Source of the DNA: an uncultured Omnitrophica bacterium
GTDB taxonomy: Bacteria > Omnitrophota > Gorgyraeia > JACQQV01
Direction: 5' to 3'
DNA: 64,000 nt
Assembly (NCBI GenBank): GCA_947085655.1
Contig: CAMTXH010000022.1
Location: 2,556 to 66,555 of the forward strand
The notes beneath the pieces were generated by a model. It searched no databases. It worked only from the letters and a program-made list of their open reading frames with translations, and was not told the origin of the DNA. The number at the start of each line of letters is the position of its first letter. Position 1 is the first letter of the stretch. Shown here piece after piece: positions 35,443 to 45,198 of the stretch. The translations under genes were made by a program, and so were the position numbers.

Positions 35443-36608
35443 GAGGTTCTCCTTAATCGTGTGAGGGTTCCTTTTTTGAATGGTTCAAAGTTCTTTTTCC
35501 GAATCGCTTCCCGAGAGGCCTTCATGAGACCGAGGTAAAACCAGATATTGTGAAGTGTCGCAAGCCGCACCCCCAGAATCTCCTTTGACTTCAACAGATG
35601 ATGGAGATAGGCCCGGCTATACCCCCGGCAGGCGGGACAGGGGCATTCGCGCTCGATCGGCTCCGGGTCTTTCGCATAGGCAGCGTTCCGGAGATTCCGG
35701 ATCCCCTCCCCCGTAAAGACCTGGGCATTCCGTCCGTGCCGCGTCGGAAGAACGCAATCAAAAAAATCGATCCCAAGGGAAATTCCTTCCAAAAGGTCTT
35801 CCGGCGTCCCGACCCCCATCAAATAGCGGGGGCGGTCTTTGGGAAGCTGTCCGGTTGAAAGGGCGCACTGCTCCCACAAAAGGGGCGCCGGTTCTCCAAC
35901 GCCGAGTCCGCCGATGGCATAGCCGTCAAAGCCGATCTCCAGAAGCCGCTCACCGCATTGCCGACGGAGATTCGAGTCTGTTCCGCCCTGGACAATCCCG
36001 AAAAGAAACCGTCCCTGGGTCTTTCCCGCCTGAAAGGCCTCTTTGGAGCGACGGGCCCACCCGAGCGTCCGTTCCATGGCTTTGGCCGACGCCTCAAGGA
36101 GACTGGGATAACCGACGCATTCATCCAACACCATGACGATGTCGCTTCCCAAAAGGAGCTGGAATTGAACGATCCGCTCCGGTGTCAAAAACTGTTTGGA
36201 ACCGTCGATGTGGGATTGAAAGGAAAGCCCTTCATCGGTCACCCGCCGCAGTGGTGAAAGACTGAAGACCTGAAACCCACCGCTATCGGTCAGGATGGCC
36301 CCCTTCCAACGCATGAAGGAGTGCAGGGAGCCGGTCGCTTCAAAGACCTCCTCCCCCGGCCGAAGATAAAGATGATACGCATTGGAGAGAATAATTTGTG
36401 CCCCCGCCTCTTCCAATTCTTCGCTCGAAAGGGCCTTCACGGTCCCTTGAGTCCCGCACGGCATGAAGCAGGGGGTCTCCACCTCTCCGTGAGCCGTCCG
36501 GAGAAGACCGGCCCTCGCTTGGGAGGCCGGATCTTCCCCCAAAATCACAAACGCCCCTTCCGTTTTTTCCTTTTTGGTTTCCTCTCTCGAACCGATAATC
36601 TGTGTCAT
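35439..36608 (-). CDS. tgt: tRNA-guanine transglycosylase
   Basis: TDSGGFQ, YLMGVG, FDCVLPTR, CPCPAC. Confidence 0.96.
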   Translation of the reverse strand: MTQIIGSREETKKEKTEGAFVILGEDPASQARAGLLRTAHGEVETPCFMPCGTQGTVKALSSEELEEAGAQIILSNAYHLYLRPGEEVFEATGSLHSFMRWKGAILTDSGGFQVFSLSPLRRVTDEGLSFQSHIDGSKQFLTPERIVQFQLLLGSDIVMVLDECVGYPSLLEASAKAMERTLGWARRSKEAFQAGKTQGRFLFGIVQGGTDSNLRRQCGERLLEIGFDGYAIGGLGVGEPAPLLWEQCALSTGQLPKDRPRYLMGVGTPEDLLEGISLGIDFFDCVLPTRHGRNAQVFTGEGIRNLRNAAYAKDPEPIERECPCPACRGYSRAYLHHLLKSKEILGVRLATLHNIWFYLGLMKASREAIRKKNFEPFKKGTLTRLRRTS

Positions 36609-37621
36609 AGAATCAGCATCGCATCCCCGTAACTGTAGAACCGGTACCCTTTGCGGATCGCTTCTTCATAGGCCTGACGGATGAGCGGAAGCCCGGCGAA
36701 TGCCGCAACCAGCATCAAAAGGGACGATTTGGGAAGATGGAAATTGGTGAGAAGCGCATCCACTCCTTGAAACCGGTAAGGAGGGTAAATGAAAAGGTCG
36801 GTCCGTCCTTTCATCGGCCGGAAGGAGCCGCCATTCCCCAAAACAGTTTCAAGAACGCGGCAGGGGGTGGTGCCGACCGCCACAATCTCCCCTCCGTTTT
36901 CCCGGACCCGGTTTAACAAAGCAGCGCTTTTTGGAGAGATCTCAAAATACTCTTCATGGAGACGGTGTGTTTCAATCTGCTCCTTGCGGACCGGTTCAAA
37001 CGTCCCGTAGCCGACATGAAGGGTTGTCGGACAGAGAGTCACTCCCTTTTGCTCGATTTTCCGGAGGAGTCCCTTTGTGAAATGGAGACCGGCTGTGGGC
37101 GCCGCCGCCGCCCCTTCGGCTCTGGCATAAACCGTTTGATACCGGGAAAGATCGAGCCGGCCGGGAAGACGCCGGATGTAAGGAGGTAGAGGAACGGCTC
37201 CCCTTTTCTTCATCCACGTTTCAATCCCCTCTTTTTGAAAACGGATCCGCTTGACCGTGCCGTTTCCGCCGGTGAGAAAGGCGGTCCATCTTCCGAAAAA
37301 AAGAGGCGTCCCGATCCGGAGCCGCGACCCGGGGGAAAGAAGGGCCTCATATTCCCGGGGGGCGACGCGGCGCAAAAGGAGCGCCTCCATTTTTCCGCCG
37401 GTCGCTTTCCGTCCGAAAAGGCGCGCCCGCCTGACCCGTGTGTCGTTCAAAACGAGCGCATCCCCGGACCGAAGATAATCTAAGAGATCCCGGAAGGACC
37501 GGTGTTCCATTCTTTTTTGTTTCCGGTGGAGAACAAGAAGACGTGTGCCATCCCGCTTCTTAAGGGGGAATTGTGCGATTCGGTTTTGGGGAAGGATATA
37601 ATCAAAGTCAGATAGTTTCAT
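36605..37621 (-). CDS. queA: S-adenosylmethionine:tRNA ribosyltransferase-isomerase
   Basis: PLPPYI, AAPTAGLHF, TNFHLPKS, YRFYSYGDAM. Confidence 0.97.
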   Translation of the reverse strand: MKLSDFDYILPQNRIAQFPLKKRDGTRLLVLHRKQKRMEHRSFRDLLDYLRSGDALVLNDTRVRRARLFGRKATGGKMEALLLRRVAPREYEALLSPGSRLRIGTPLFFGRWTAFLTGGNGTVKRIRFQKEGIETWMKKRGAVPLPPYIRRLPGRLDLSRYQTVYARAEGAAAAPTAGLHFTKGLLRKIEQKGVTLCPTTLHVGYGTFEPVRKEQIETHRLHEEYFEISPKSAALLNRVRENGGEIVAVGTTPCRVLETVLGNGGSFRPMKGRTDLFIYPPYRFQGVDALLTNFHLPKSSLLMLVAAFAGLPLIRQAYEEAIRKGYRFYSYGDAMLIL

Positions 37622-37769
37622 CTTTTTCTTGGGACGTTTTCGAAAGTGTCCCGTGAATCAATTGTCACGCTAGGGACACTTTCAGATAGTTTCATCTTTT
37701 TCTTGGGACGTTTTCGAAAGTGTCCCGTGAATCAATTGTCACGCTAGGGACACTTTCTGAAAACGTCCC
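37608..37769. repeat. 74-bp-period tandem duplication containing a long inverted repeat, spanning the queA start
   Basis: 37608-37683 equals 37682-37757; hairpin GGGACGTTTTC-GAAAGTGTCCC...GGGACACTTTC-T-GAAAACGTCCC at 37705-37769. Confidence 0.93.
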
Positions 37770-37784
37770 TATTATACACGATGT

Positions 37785-38966
37785 TTACCGTTCGTTCCAC
37801 GGAATATTGGGGAGTTCTCGGATTTCGCTCCCGGGATAATAAAAAGAGAGGATTTTCTCAGCCGAAAATCCGAGGTGAGCCATCCCTAAAGCCCCCCACT
37901 GACAAAGCCCGACGCCGTGTCCCCACCCGTTTCCCTTCAGATGAACCCGCTCCCCTTCGACAGACGCGTCAAATTTGAGACTCCGGAGATCCACCGGACC
38001 GACGGCCAACCGGAAATGCGGCCCCGGAATGGCTGTTTTTCCTTTGTCATGCATGATGACAATCTGTTTTACCCTTCCGGAAAGGGTCCTTCCTTCCGTT
38101 TCAAATTTCTGGATGTTTCCGACCGGGATGCCAGAGCGACGGAGCCGAAAGGCAATGTCCTCCAGTGAAAAAGAACGCTCCCACCGATAAAAAGGGGAAA
38201 GGGTGCAGTAGGAACAGACAACCCCCTGAAGCGGAAAAAACCGCTCTTTCCAGAGAGTCGCCTCCTTCGCATCCTCCGTATGGCCGGCGCAGGTTGAGTG
38301 ATAAAAGGTCGGGAAAAGGGTTCCCTGATACGTCAATACCTGTCCCCGGGTCCGGTCTACCGCCAAGCGGGCCCGGCGTCTTTCTTTTTCACTTCCGCCG
38401 TAATGTTGGGAAAGAACCGAAGATTCCACGTCGTACTCCTTCTCCCGATTCTGCGTCTTTTTAAAGATGGCGTAGCTCCGGGCAAGGATCGCCTGAACTT
38501 CCAGCATCTCCTGCGGCCATTCGTGAGGAACTTCGTGGGGGAGAACACCGTACAGATACTTTTCAATCGAAAGTTGATTGACGACGAGAAATCCGCTTTC
38601 TTTCCGGATGATATCGAGGGTGCCGCGGAAATGATTTCCGTCCAGGGAGAGAGAGGCCTCCTGTTTCGAGATCACCCGAATGGCATCTGTTTTGATTAAC
38701 TCCTTTCCCATCCGGATCCCGTCCGGCTCTGCGGTCAGGACCGTTCCGAGATCACTTCCGTTTTGGAGAAATTCGTAGGGAAAGAGTTGATGAATCTCGT
38801 AAGGTCCTTCCGCTTTCACCCGGAGTTCTTTCTGATCCTTCGCGACCGCCACCCGTAAGAAACGGCTTGCGACCGGCGCCGGAGACTTCCCCATGGAAAG
38901 GGCGGACCCGTTCCCGATCAGTGAGGAAATCAGAAAGAAAAAGAGAAGTTTTTGAAGAAACCTCAT
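37785..38966 (-). CDS. SpoIID/LytB domain protein (lytic transglycosylase)
   Basis: YLYGVLPHE, QAILARSY, YHSTCAGHTE, GWGHGVGLCQWGA. Confidence 0.92.
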   Translation of the reverse strand: MRFLQKLLFFFLISSLIGNGSALSMGKSPAPVASRFLRVAVAKDQKELRVKAEGPYEIHQLFPYEFLQNGSDLGTVLTAEPDGIRMGKELIKTDAIRVISKQEASLSLDGNHFRGTLDIIRKESGFLVVNQLSIEKYLYGVLPHEVPHEWPQEMLEVQAILARSYAIFKKTQNREKEYDVESSVLSQHYGGSEKERRRARLAVDRTRGQVLTYQGTLFPTFYHSTCAGHTEDAKEATLWKERFFPLQGVVCSYCTLSPFYRWERSFSLEDIAFRLRRSGIPVGNIQKFETEGRTLSGRVKQIVIMHDKGKTAIPGPHFRLAVGPVDLRSLKFDASVEGERVHLKGNGWGHGVGLCQWGALGMAHLGFSAEKILSFYYPGSEIRELPNIPWNER

Positions 38967-39178
38967 TTTCTCCCGAAAAGGGAAAAAAGGAGGGAAAAAA
39001 GAAGACTGACAAGGAGGCAAGTGGCAAGTGGAAAGTAAAACTGGACGTTTTTTTTCTCAATCACAATGTCGCCCGGCAGGTGTCCGAACCAGGGGATCTT
39101 ACTTCCCAGAAGAAGGACGCCTCCGATCAGAAGGAGCGCCCCGCCCAACATCAAAAAAAGCCGTCCCAGTTCCGTCAT
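38963..39178 (-). CDS. DUF2905 family small membrane protein
   Basis: GHLPGDI...FYFPLATC; usual position after ruvB. Confidence 0.88.
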   Translation of the reverse strand: MTELGRLFLMLGGALLLIGGVLLLGSKIPWFGHLPGDIVIEKKNVQFYFPLATCLLVSLLFSLLFSLFGRK

Positions 39179-39183
39179 CCGCG

Positions 39184-40224
39184 TTACGTCTCCTGAAAAA
39201 GTTCCCGCTGCCTGGGCTTGGGGGCCGTCTTTTGAAAATGCTCGTACGCCCGGCGCGTCGCCTCCCTTCCGCGGGGAGTTCTTTTCAGAAAACCGCTTTT
39301 CAAAAGGAACGGCTCCACCACATCCACGAGGGTATCCGTTTCTTCATTTAAGGTGGCGGAGAGCGATTCGATGCCGACCGGTCCCCCGCCGTAAAAATCG
39401 ATGATCGCCCGAAGGACCCGACGGTCCATATCATCCAGTCCCGCTTCATCCACCCCAAGAGCCGAAAGGGCTTTTGCCACCACGGCCTGGGTGATTTTCC
39501 CCCCTTCCTTCACCTCTGCGTAATCTCGGACGCGCCGAAGAAGCCGGTTCGCGACGCGGGGAGTGCCCCTGGAGCGGCGGGCGATCTCCGAAGTCCCCTC
39601 TTCATCGATGGAGACATTCAAAATCTGGCTCGACCGTTTGATGATTTTGGCGATCTCCCCCGCTTCGTAAAAATTCAGATGGTAAAGAATCCCGAACCGT
39701 TCCCGGAGCGCCCCACTCAACAGACCCGACCGGGTAGTCGCCCCGATCAAGGTGAACCGTTTGAGATGAAACTTGATGGTCTTGGCATAGGGTCCTTTGT
39801 CGATGATAAAATCGATTTGGAAATCTTCCATCGCCGGGTAAAGAAATTCCTCCACCACCTTCGGCAGACGGTGAACCTCATCGATGAAAAAAATATCCCC
39901 GGGGGCAAGATTCGTGAGGATCCCGATGAGGTCACCCGGCCGGCTCAAGGCGGGACCGGAAGTCGCCGTAATCCGGTTTCCGGTGTGGTGGGCAATGATA
40001 TGGGCAAGACTCGTTTTTCCGAGTCCGGGAGGGCCTGAAAAGAGAAGGTGTTCCAGCGGCTCTTTCCGCTTCCGGGCCGCCTCCAGCGAAACTTTGAGGT
40101 TTTCCACCACTTCCTTCTGCCCCACAAATTCATCGATCCGGTTCGGCCGGAGCGAAAGATTCAGGATCCGATCCTCGTCCGCATCCTCTCCGGAAAGAAG
40201 CGGTTTTCTCTCGGGATTCGTCAT
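39184..40224 (-). CDS. ruvB: Holliday junction helicase RuvB
   Basis: [24 protein letters not shown]. Confidence 0.97.
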   Translation of the reverse strand: MTNPERKPLLSGEDADEDRILNLSLRPNRIDEFVGQKEVVENLKVSLEAARKRKEPLEHLLFSGPPGLGKTSLAHIIAHHTGNRITATSGPALSRPGDLIGILTNLAPGDIFFIDEVHRLPKVVEEFLYPAMEDFQIDFIIDKGPYAKTIKFHLKRFTLIGATTRSGLLSGALRERFGILYHLNFYEAGEIAKIIKRSSQILNVSIDEEGTSEIARRSRGTPRVANRLLRRVRDYAEVKEGGKITQAVVAKALSALGVDEAGLDDMDRRVLRAIIDFYGGGPVGIESLSATLNEETDTLVDVVEPFLLKSGFLKRTPRGREATRRAYEHFQKTAPKPRQRELFQET

Positions 40225-40862
40225 TTCCTCACCAATGTCCGCTGGCGGTAGACTTCATTCAGCAGTTCCTCCGCATTTTTGGGATTCGGGAGTTTTCCGA
40301 GTGCTTCCTGAATCATCGCCTGCGCCTCCTGGCGTTTGTATTGGAGTTGCAAAAGCACTTCCAGCGCCTCCGCCGGAATGTCTCCTGCCGGAGACTTTTC
40401 AGGCAAAGGGGCCAGATGCTGATCCTGAACCAGCCCGAATTTGCCGACTTTCCCCTGAAGCTTGGCGATGATTTCTCTGGCGCGCTGGCTTCCGATGCCG
40501 GGAAGCGATTCCAAAAGCGACTGATCCCCTTCATCAATCGCCCTGGCAATCACGGAGATGGGGAGCGAAAGGGCCCGGCAGGCGGCCCGGGGGCCGACGC
40601 CGGAGACCGTAATGAATTTCTCAAAGAATTCCCGCTCAATTTCATTCAGAAATCCGATCAATACCGGAATGGCCCGGGAAGGGTCCATCTGGTGGTAATA
40701 AAACGTGACGAGACGGAGGGTGCTTCCTTCTTGGATCTGGTCCTGTTCGATGGACCGCATCACCGCTTTCGGGACAATCACCTCATACATCACCCCCTGA
40801 ACTTCCACCCAGACCCGGTCCTCCTTTTTTTTCCGGAGGGTCCCCGAAAGATGGACAATCAT
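40221..40862 (-). CDS. ruvA: Holliday junction DNA-binding protein RuvA
   Basis: VSGVGPR and LPGIG HhH motifs; operon context. Confidence 0.93.
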   Translation of the reverse strand: MIVHLSGTLRKKKEDRVWVEVQGVMYEVIVPKAVMRSIEQDQIQEGSTLRLVTFYYHQMDPSRAIPVLIGFLNEIEREFFEKFITVSGVGPRAACRALSLPISVIARAIDEGDQSLLESLPGIGSQRAREIIAKLQGKVGKFGLVQDQHLAPLPEKSPAGDIPAEALEVLLQLQYKRQEAQAMIQEALGKLPNPKNAEELLNEVYRQRTLVRK

Positions 40863-41344
40863 CGAACATTCCCTTTCAGATAGATGTAACTCATGGCAAG
40901 GGCGAGGGCATCAAAGACATCCGTTTTTTGGGACGTTTCCTTGAGACGGAGGAGGGATTGAACCATTCCCTGCATCTGGGTTTTGGTGGCGTTTCCGTTT
41001 CCGGTGATCGCCTGTTTCACCCGTTTCGCCGGAAAGTGAACCACCGGCAGCTTCTCTTCCGAACAGACCGAGAGAAGAACGCCCCTTGCATGACCCATCA
41101 GGATGGCTGTGCGGGGATGCCGGGCATGGGCATAGAGTTCTTCCAGAATGACCACCTCCGGCCGGCAATGGTCAATCACTTCCTTGAGTCCGCGTCGGAG
41201 CGTGTTGAGTCTTTCTTCCAGAGGGTCTTGTCGGCGGGTGGAAAGGATGCCCCCTTCAATCAGTCGGAAGGAACGCCCTTCTGCGGTAATCGCCCCATAT
41301 CCGGTAGTGCCAAGTCCCGGATCCACTCCCAGAATCCGCATCAA
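40859..41344 (-). CDS. ruvC: Holliday junction resolvase RuvC
   Basis: ILGVDPG, ARG, GNGNATK, DALALA. Confidence 0.95.
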   Translation of the reverse strand: MMRILGVDPGLGTTGYGAITAEGRSFRLIEGGILSTRRQDPLEERLNTLRRGLKEVIDHCRPEVVILEELYAHARHPRTAILMGHARGVLLSVCSEEKLPVVHFPAKRVKQAITGNGNATKTQMQGMVQSLLRLKETSQKTDVFDALALAMSYIYLKGNVR

Positions 41345-41362
41345 CTCGCTCTTTTTTTCAAG

Positions 41363-42112
41363 CTAAGTCCCGGCTTCATTGAGAATCGTGTCCGGAATGT
41401 CAAAATTGGCGTACACATGCTGTACATCGTCGTGGTCTTCCAGACCTTCGACCAACTGAAGGAGCTGTTTGGCCGTTTCTCCTTCCACCTTCACGACGGA
41501 ACTCGGAAGTTTCGTAATCTCTGCACTCTGAAGTTTTAATTTGCGGCTTTCCAATACCTTCTTAAGTGACTCAAAAAAATGGGGGTCGCAGGTGACTTCG
41601 TACGCATTCTCGTCCGTCTTCAGATCCTCCGCGCCGTTTTCCAGGACGAGACCCATGAGCGTTTCTTCATCCACCGCGTCCCGGTCAATCAAAAAATACC
41701 CCTTCGTCTTGAAGATCCAGCCGACCGAGCCGCTGCCCCCTAAATTTCCGTTTTTCTTTGAAAAAAGATTCCGAATTTCTGCGGAGGTCCTGTTTTTATT
41801 ATCCGTCAGCACCTCTACCAGAATCGCCACGCCCCCCGGTCCGTATCCCTCGTACATGACCTCTTCGTAGGTGACGCCGGGGAGTTCGCCGGTTCCCTTC
41901 TTCACCGCCCGGTCCACATTGTCGCTCGGCATATTCGCCTGGCGGGCGCGGTCCAGGGCAAGCCGGAGTTTGGGGTTGGTCTCCACACTCCCGCCTCCCT
42001 CCCGTGCCGCAACCGTAATTTCCCGGATCAGCTTGGTGAAAAGTTTCCCCTTTTTGGCGTCCTGGGCCGCCTTCCGGTGCTTGGTGGTCGCCCATTTTGA
42101 ATGACCCGACAT
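41363..42112 (-). CDS. yebC: YebC/PmpR family protein
   Basis: MSGHSKW, YEGYGPGG, TDNKNRT. Confidence 0.96.
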   Translation of the reverse strand: MSGHSKWATTKHRKAAQDAKKGKLFTKLIREITVAAREGGGSVETNPKLRLALDRARQANMPSDNVDRAVKKGTGELPGVTYEEVMYEGYGPGGVAILVEVLTDNKNRTSAEIRNLFSKKNGNLGGSGSVGWIFKTKGYFLIDRDAVDEETLMGLVLENGAEDLKTDENAYEVTCDPHFFESLKKVLESRKLKLQSAEITKLPSSVVKVEGETAKQLLQLVEGLEDHDDVQHVYANFDIPDTILNEAGT

Positions 42113-42114
42113 CG

Positions 42115-44136
42115 TTATTTCTCCTCTACCGCCACCAGCTTCGCCTTCTGAATCACTTCCTGGCTCAACTTGTGCGGCACAATCTCATAATGAGAAAATT
42201 TCATGGTGTACGAACCCCGTCCGCCGGTCAGACTTTTCAAATCCGGCGCGTATTTCAGCATCTCCGCTAAGGGAACCTGGGCATGGAGCATTTCGCTTTT
42301 TCCCTTTGAATCCATGCCGATCACCTTTCCCCGCCGCGAGTTCAGATCCCCTGTGATCGCCCCCATGCAATCATTCGGGATTGTTACCTCCACATCCATG
42401 ATCGGCTCAAGAAGAACCGGTCCCGCTTCCGACACCGCCTTCTTCAAGGCCATGGAGCCGGCAATCTGAAACGCCAAGTCCGACGAATCCACCGGGTGGA
42501 AGGAGCCGTCGTCCAACGTCACCCTGACATCCACCAACGGGTAACCGGCCAACACTCCCTCGGTCATCGCCTGCCGGACCCCCTTTTCCACGGAAGGGAT
42601 ATAGTTCCGGGGAATCGATCCTCCAACGATTTGATCCACAAATTCAAAGTCGCCTCCGCGCGGGAGCGGTTCCACCTGAATCCAACAGTCGCCATACTGT
42701 CCGTGTCCACCGGTCTGCTTTTTGTATTTTCCCTGAACCCGGGCGGTCCGGCTGATGGTTTCCTTGTAGGCCACTTTCGGGGTGCCGACTTCCACCTCCA
42801 CCCCGAATCGGCTCTTCAGCCGTCCGATCATCACCTTGAGATGGAGATCCCCCATGCCGGAGACCAGGAGTTCTTTGGTCTGGGCGTCCCGGCCGACCTG
42901 AAACGTTTTATCCTCCGCCGCGAGTTTGCCGAGGGCATCCGAAATTTTGTCCTCGTCGGAACGGCTTTTCGGCTTCAGTGAGACAGAGATGGCCGGGTCC
43001 GGAAACGGAATTTCATCAAACAAAATTGGATGTTTCTCGTCGGCGAGGGAATCGCCCGTATGCGTCTCCTTGAGTTTCGCCACTCCCACAATGTCACCGA
43101 CAACCGCCTCATTTTGGGAAACAGCATCTTTCCCTTGAAGCAGGTAGATTTTCCCGATCCGTTCCTTCGTCTGGCGCGTGACATTGTAAAAGCCGGTGTC
43201 GGGACGGAGACTTCCCGAAAAAACCCGGAAGACCGAGAGCTGCCCCAGATAGGGATCCGCGATGGTCTTGAAAACCTGGGCGCTGAACGGTTCATTCGGA
43301 TCCGGTTTTCGGACGACCTCTTCTCCGGAAACCGGATCTTTCCCTCGAACCTCCCTGATATCCGAGGGCGAGGGAAGATACGCGACCATCACCTGAAGAA
43401 GAGACTTCACAGAGTCGCCAGCGGTGGAGGTGCCACAAAGGATCGGATAGACACCTCCTGAAAAGACGCCCTTTCGGACTCCTTTCTGGATTTCCGCCAT
43501 TTCAAGCGTCCCCTGATCAAGATATTTCTCTAAGAGAGCATCATCCTGCTCGGCGATTCCTTCCATCAGTTTCTCCCGCACCGCCTTGACCGCATCCGGA
43601 AGGGAATTTTCCTCGAGGAGAGGATAGACCCCTTTGAACGAGGGGCCTTCGCCATTTGGATATTGGACCGGAACGCAGTGACTTCCAAAGGCCTCTTGGA
43701 TCGCCTCGAAGACCTTGTTGAAACTGGCGTTTTCCCTGTCCATCTTATTGATGAAAAATAGCGTCGGGATCTTTCGGGAGGTGATCAGGTCCCAGGCCCT
43801 TTCCGTCCCTACCTCAAGGCCGGCCGCCGCATCCAAAACGAGGATCGCCCCATCTGCCGCATAGAGGGCGGAAAGGGTCTCGCTGAAGAAATCGGTGTAA
43901 CCGGGGGTATCGATCAAATGAAGCTGGCACCCCTCCCAGGAACAATGGAGGAGACTGGTATTGATGGAGATTTTTCGCTCCATCTCGTCCGGATGGTAAT
44001 CGCTGACAGTATTCCCCGCCGGAACCGACCCGAGCTTCTGGATCGTCCCCGCCTGGAAAAGACAGGCCTCGGCCACCGAGGTCTTCCCTGCTCCGGAATG
44101 GCCGAGGAGGATAACATTCCGAATCGCTTTGGTCAT
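42115..44136 (-). CDS. Elongation factor G-like protein (EF-G2)
   Basis: GHSGAGKT, DTPG, NKMD, KKQTGGHGQY, HPVDSS; located outside the str operon. Confidence 0.9.
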   Translation of the reverse strand: MTKAIRNVILLGHSGAGKTSVAEACLFQAGTIQKLGSVPAGNTVSDYHPDEMERKISINTSLLHCSWEGCQLHLIDTPGYTDFFSETLSALYAADGAILVLDAAAGLEVGTERAWDLITSRKIPTLFFINKMDRENASFNKVFEAIQEAFGSHCVPVQYPNGEGPSFKGVYPLLEENSLPDAVKAVREKLMEGIAEQDDALLEKYLDQGTLEMAEIQKGVRKGVFSGGVYPILCGTSTAGDSVKSLLQVMVAYLPSPSDIREVRGKDPVSGEEVVRKPDPNEPFSAQVFKTIADPYLGQLSVFRVFSGSLRPDTGFYNVTRQTKERIGKIYLLQGKDAVSQNEAVVGDIVGVAKLKETHTGDSLADEKHPILFDEIPFPDPAISVSLKPKSRSDEDKISDALGKLAAEDKTFQVGRDAQTKELLVSGMGDLHLKVMIGRLKSRFGVEVEVGTPKVAYKETISRTARVQGKYKKQTGGHGQYGDCWIQVEPLPRGGDFEFVDQIVGGSIPRNYIPSVEKGVRQAMTEGVLAGYPLVDVRVTLDDGSFHPVDSSDLAFQIAGSMALKKAVSEAGPVLLEPIMDVEVTIPNDCMGAITGDLNSRRGKVIGMDSKGKSEMLHAQVPLAEMLKYAPDLKSLTGGRGSYTMKFSHYEIVPHKLSQEVIQKAKLVAVEEK

Positions 44137-44166
44137 AAGCCGATAGCCCTCTAGGACGTTACTATT

Positions 44167-44195
44167 ACTATAAATGAAAGGAGGCGGGCTGTCAA
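44167..44195 (-). promoter_or_regulatory. Sigma70 promoter
   Basis: TTGACA-17 bp-TATAGT. Confidence 0.7.
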
Positions 44196-44198
44196 TGG

Positions 44199-44657
44199 CT
44201 AGCCGAGGAGGCGAAGGAGCTGAAGGCAGAGATTGGCATAAACCCCGGCCCCGACATCGTCCAGAAAGATGCCCCAGGCCCCCGGGAGCCGCTCCAGACG
44301 CTCCAAGGGGGGCACTTTGACCGAATCAAAAAAACGAAAGAGCGCGAATCCGATCACGAGGTACGGAATCCGGGGAGGGATCCAAAAAAGGGTGATCAGC
44401 ATCCCGAGAAACTCATCCATCACGATCCAGGTGGGGTCTTTCTCCGTTGTGGTCCGGAGGGCCTGGTGGGCTGACCAGCCGCCGAGCCCGCCGAAAAGAA
44501 GGAGCCCGACAAGATACCAGGAGGGTTTTTGGAGAAAAAAAAGATACAAAAAGACGGTGACGGCACTCGCAATCGTCCCGGGGAGAATCGGAGAGTAACC
44601 GATCCCGAAACCGCTGGCAAATAACCTACCCAGACGGCTGCTTTGAAGCTGTCCCAT
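44199..44657 (-). CDS. pgpA: Phosphatidylglycerophosphatase A
   Basis: PGT, DP..IVMDE, FRFFD, GIFLDD. Confidence 0.92.
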   Translation of the reverse strand: MGQLQSSRLGRLFASGFGIGYSPILPGTIASAVTVFLYLFFLQKPSWYLVGLLLFGGLGGWSAHQALRTTTEKDPTWIVMDEFLGMLITLFWIPPRIPYLVIGFALFRFFDSVKVPPLERLERLPGAWGIFLDDVGAGVYANLCLQLLRLLG

Positions 44658-45198
44658 ACCAAAGATCCCTGTTTCGAACAAGATATCGGATTCCAGACCC
44701 CACGGTGACAAGGGCGGTAGTCAACATCACCCAGAAAACCGACGCCTCAAAAAAGGAATGGACTCCTCTTTCCTGAATCAGAAGGACGGACAAAATCCAT
44801 AGAACCGCCGTCATCTGGGTCGCTGTCTTATGTTTCCCCCGCCTCTCCGCTCCCAATACCTTCCCCTTGGAAAAAGCCAAAAGCCGGATGCCGGTAATCA
44901 AGAATTCCCGCACAACGATCAGAATGACCATCCAGGCAGGAACAAGATCCAGTTCCACGAACGCCAAAAAAGCGGAAAGAATGAGGATCTTATCCGCAAT
45001 CGGGTCCATCAGACGGCCGAAATCGGTGACCTCATTCCGACGGCGGGCAATCCGGCCGTCATAAAAATCGGTGAGGGAGGCGACCAAAAAAGTAAAAAGC
45101 GCAAGAAAGCGGTATCCGAAATCCCCCTTGAAAAGGAAGAACATGAAAAGAAAGGTGAGTGCGATTCTGGAGAGGGTCAGGACATTGGCAGAGGTCAC
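44626..45198 (-). CDS. pgsA: CDP-diacylglycerol--glycerol-3-phosphate 3-phosphatidyltransferase
   Basis: TDFYDGRIARR...FGRLMDPIADK. Confidence 0.93.
   Translation of the reverse strand: MTSANVLTLSRIALTFLFMFFLFKGDFGYRFLALFTFLVASLTDFYDGRIARRRNEVTDFGRLMDPIADKILILSAFLAFVELDLVPAWMVILIVVREFLITGIRLLAFSKGKVLGAERRGKHKTATQMTAVLWILSVLLIQERGVHSFFEASVFWVMLTTALVTVGSGIRYLVRNRDLWYGTASKQPSG

Noticed and set aside
37608-37769. CRISPR array or preQ1 riboswitch upstream of queA
   Set aside because: Only two adjacent copies with no unique spacers and no cas genes; no preQ1 consensus with A-rich tail is visible
42115-44136. TetM/TetO-type ribosomal protection protein
   Set aside because: Motifs (KKQTGGHGQY, HPVDSS) and chromosomal context fit the common EF-G2 paralogue
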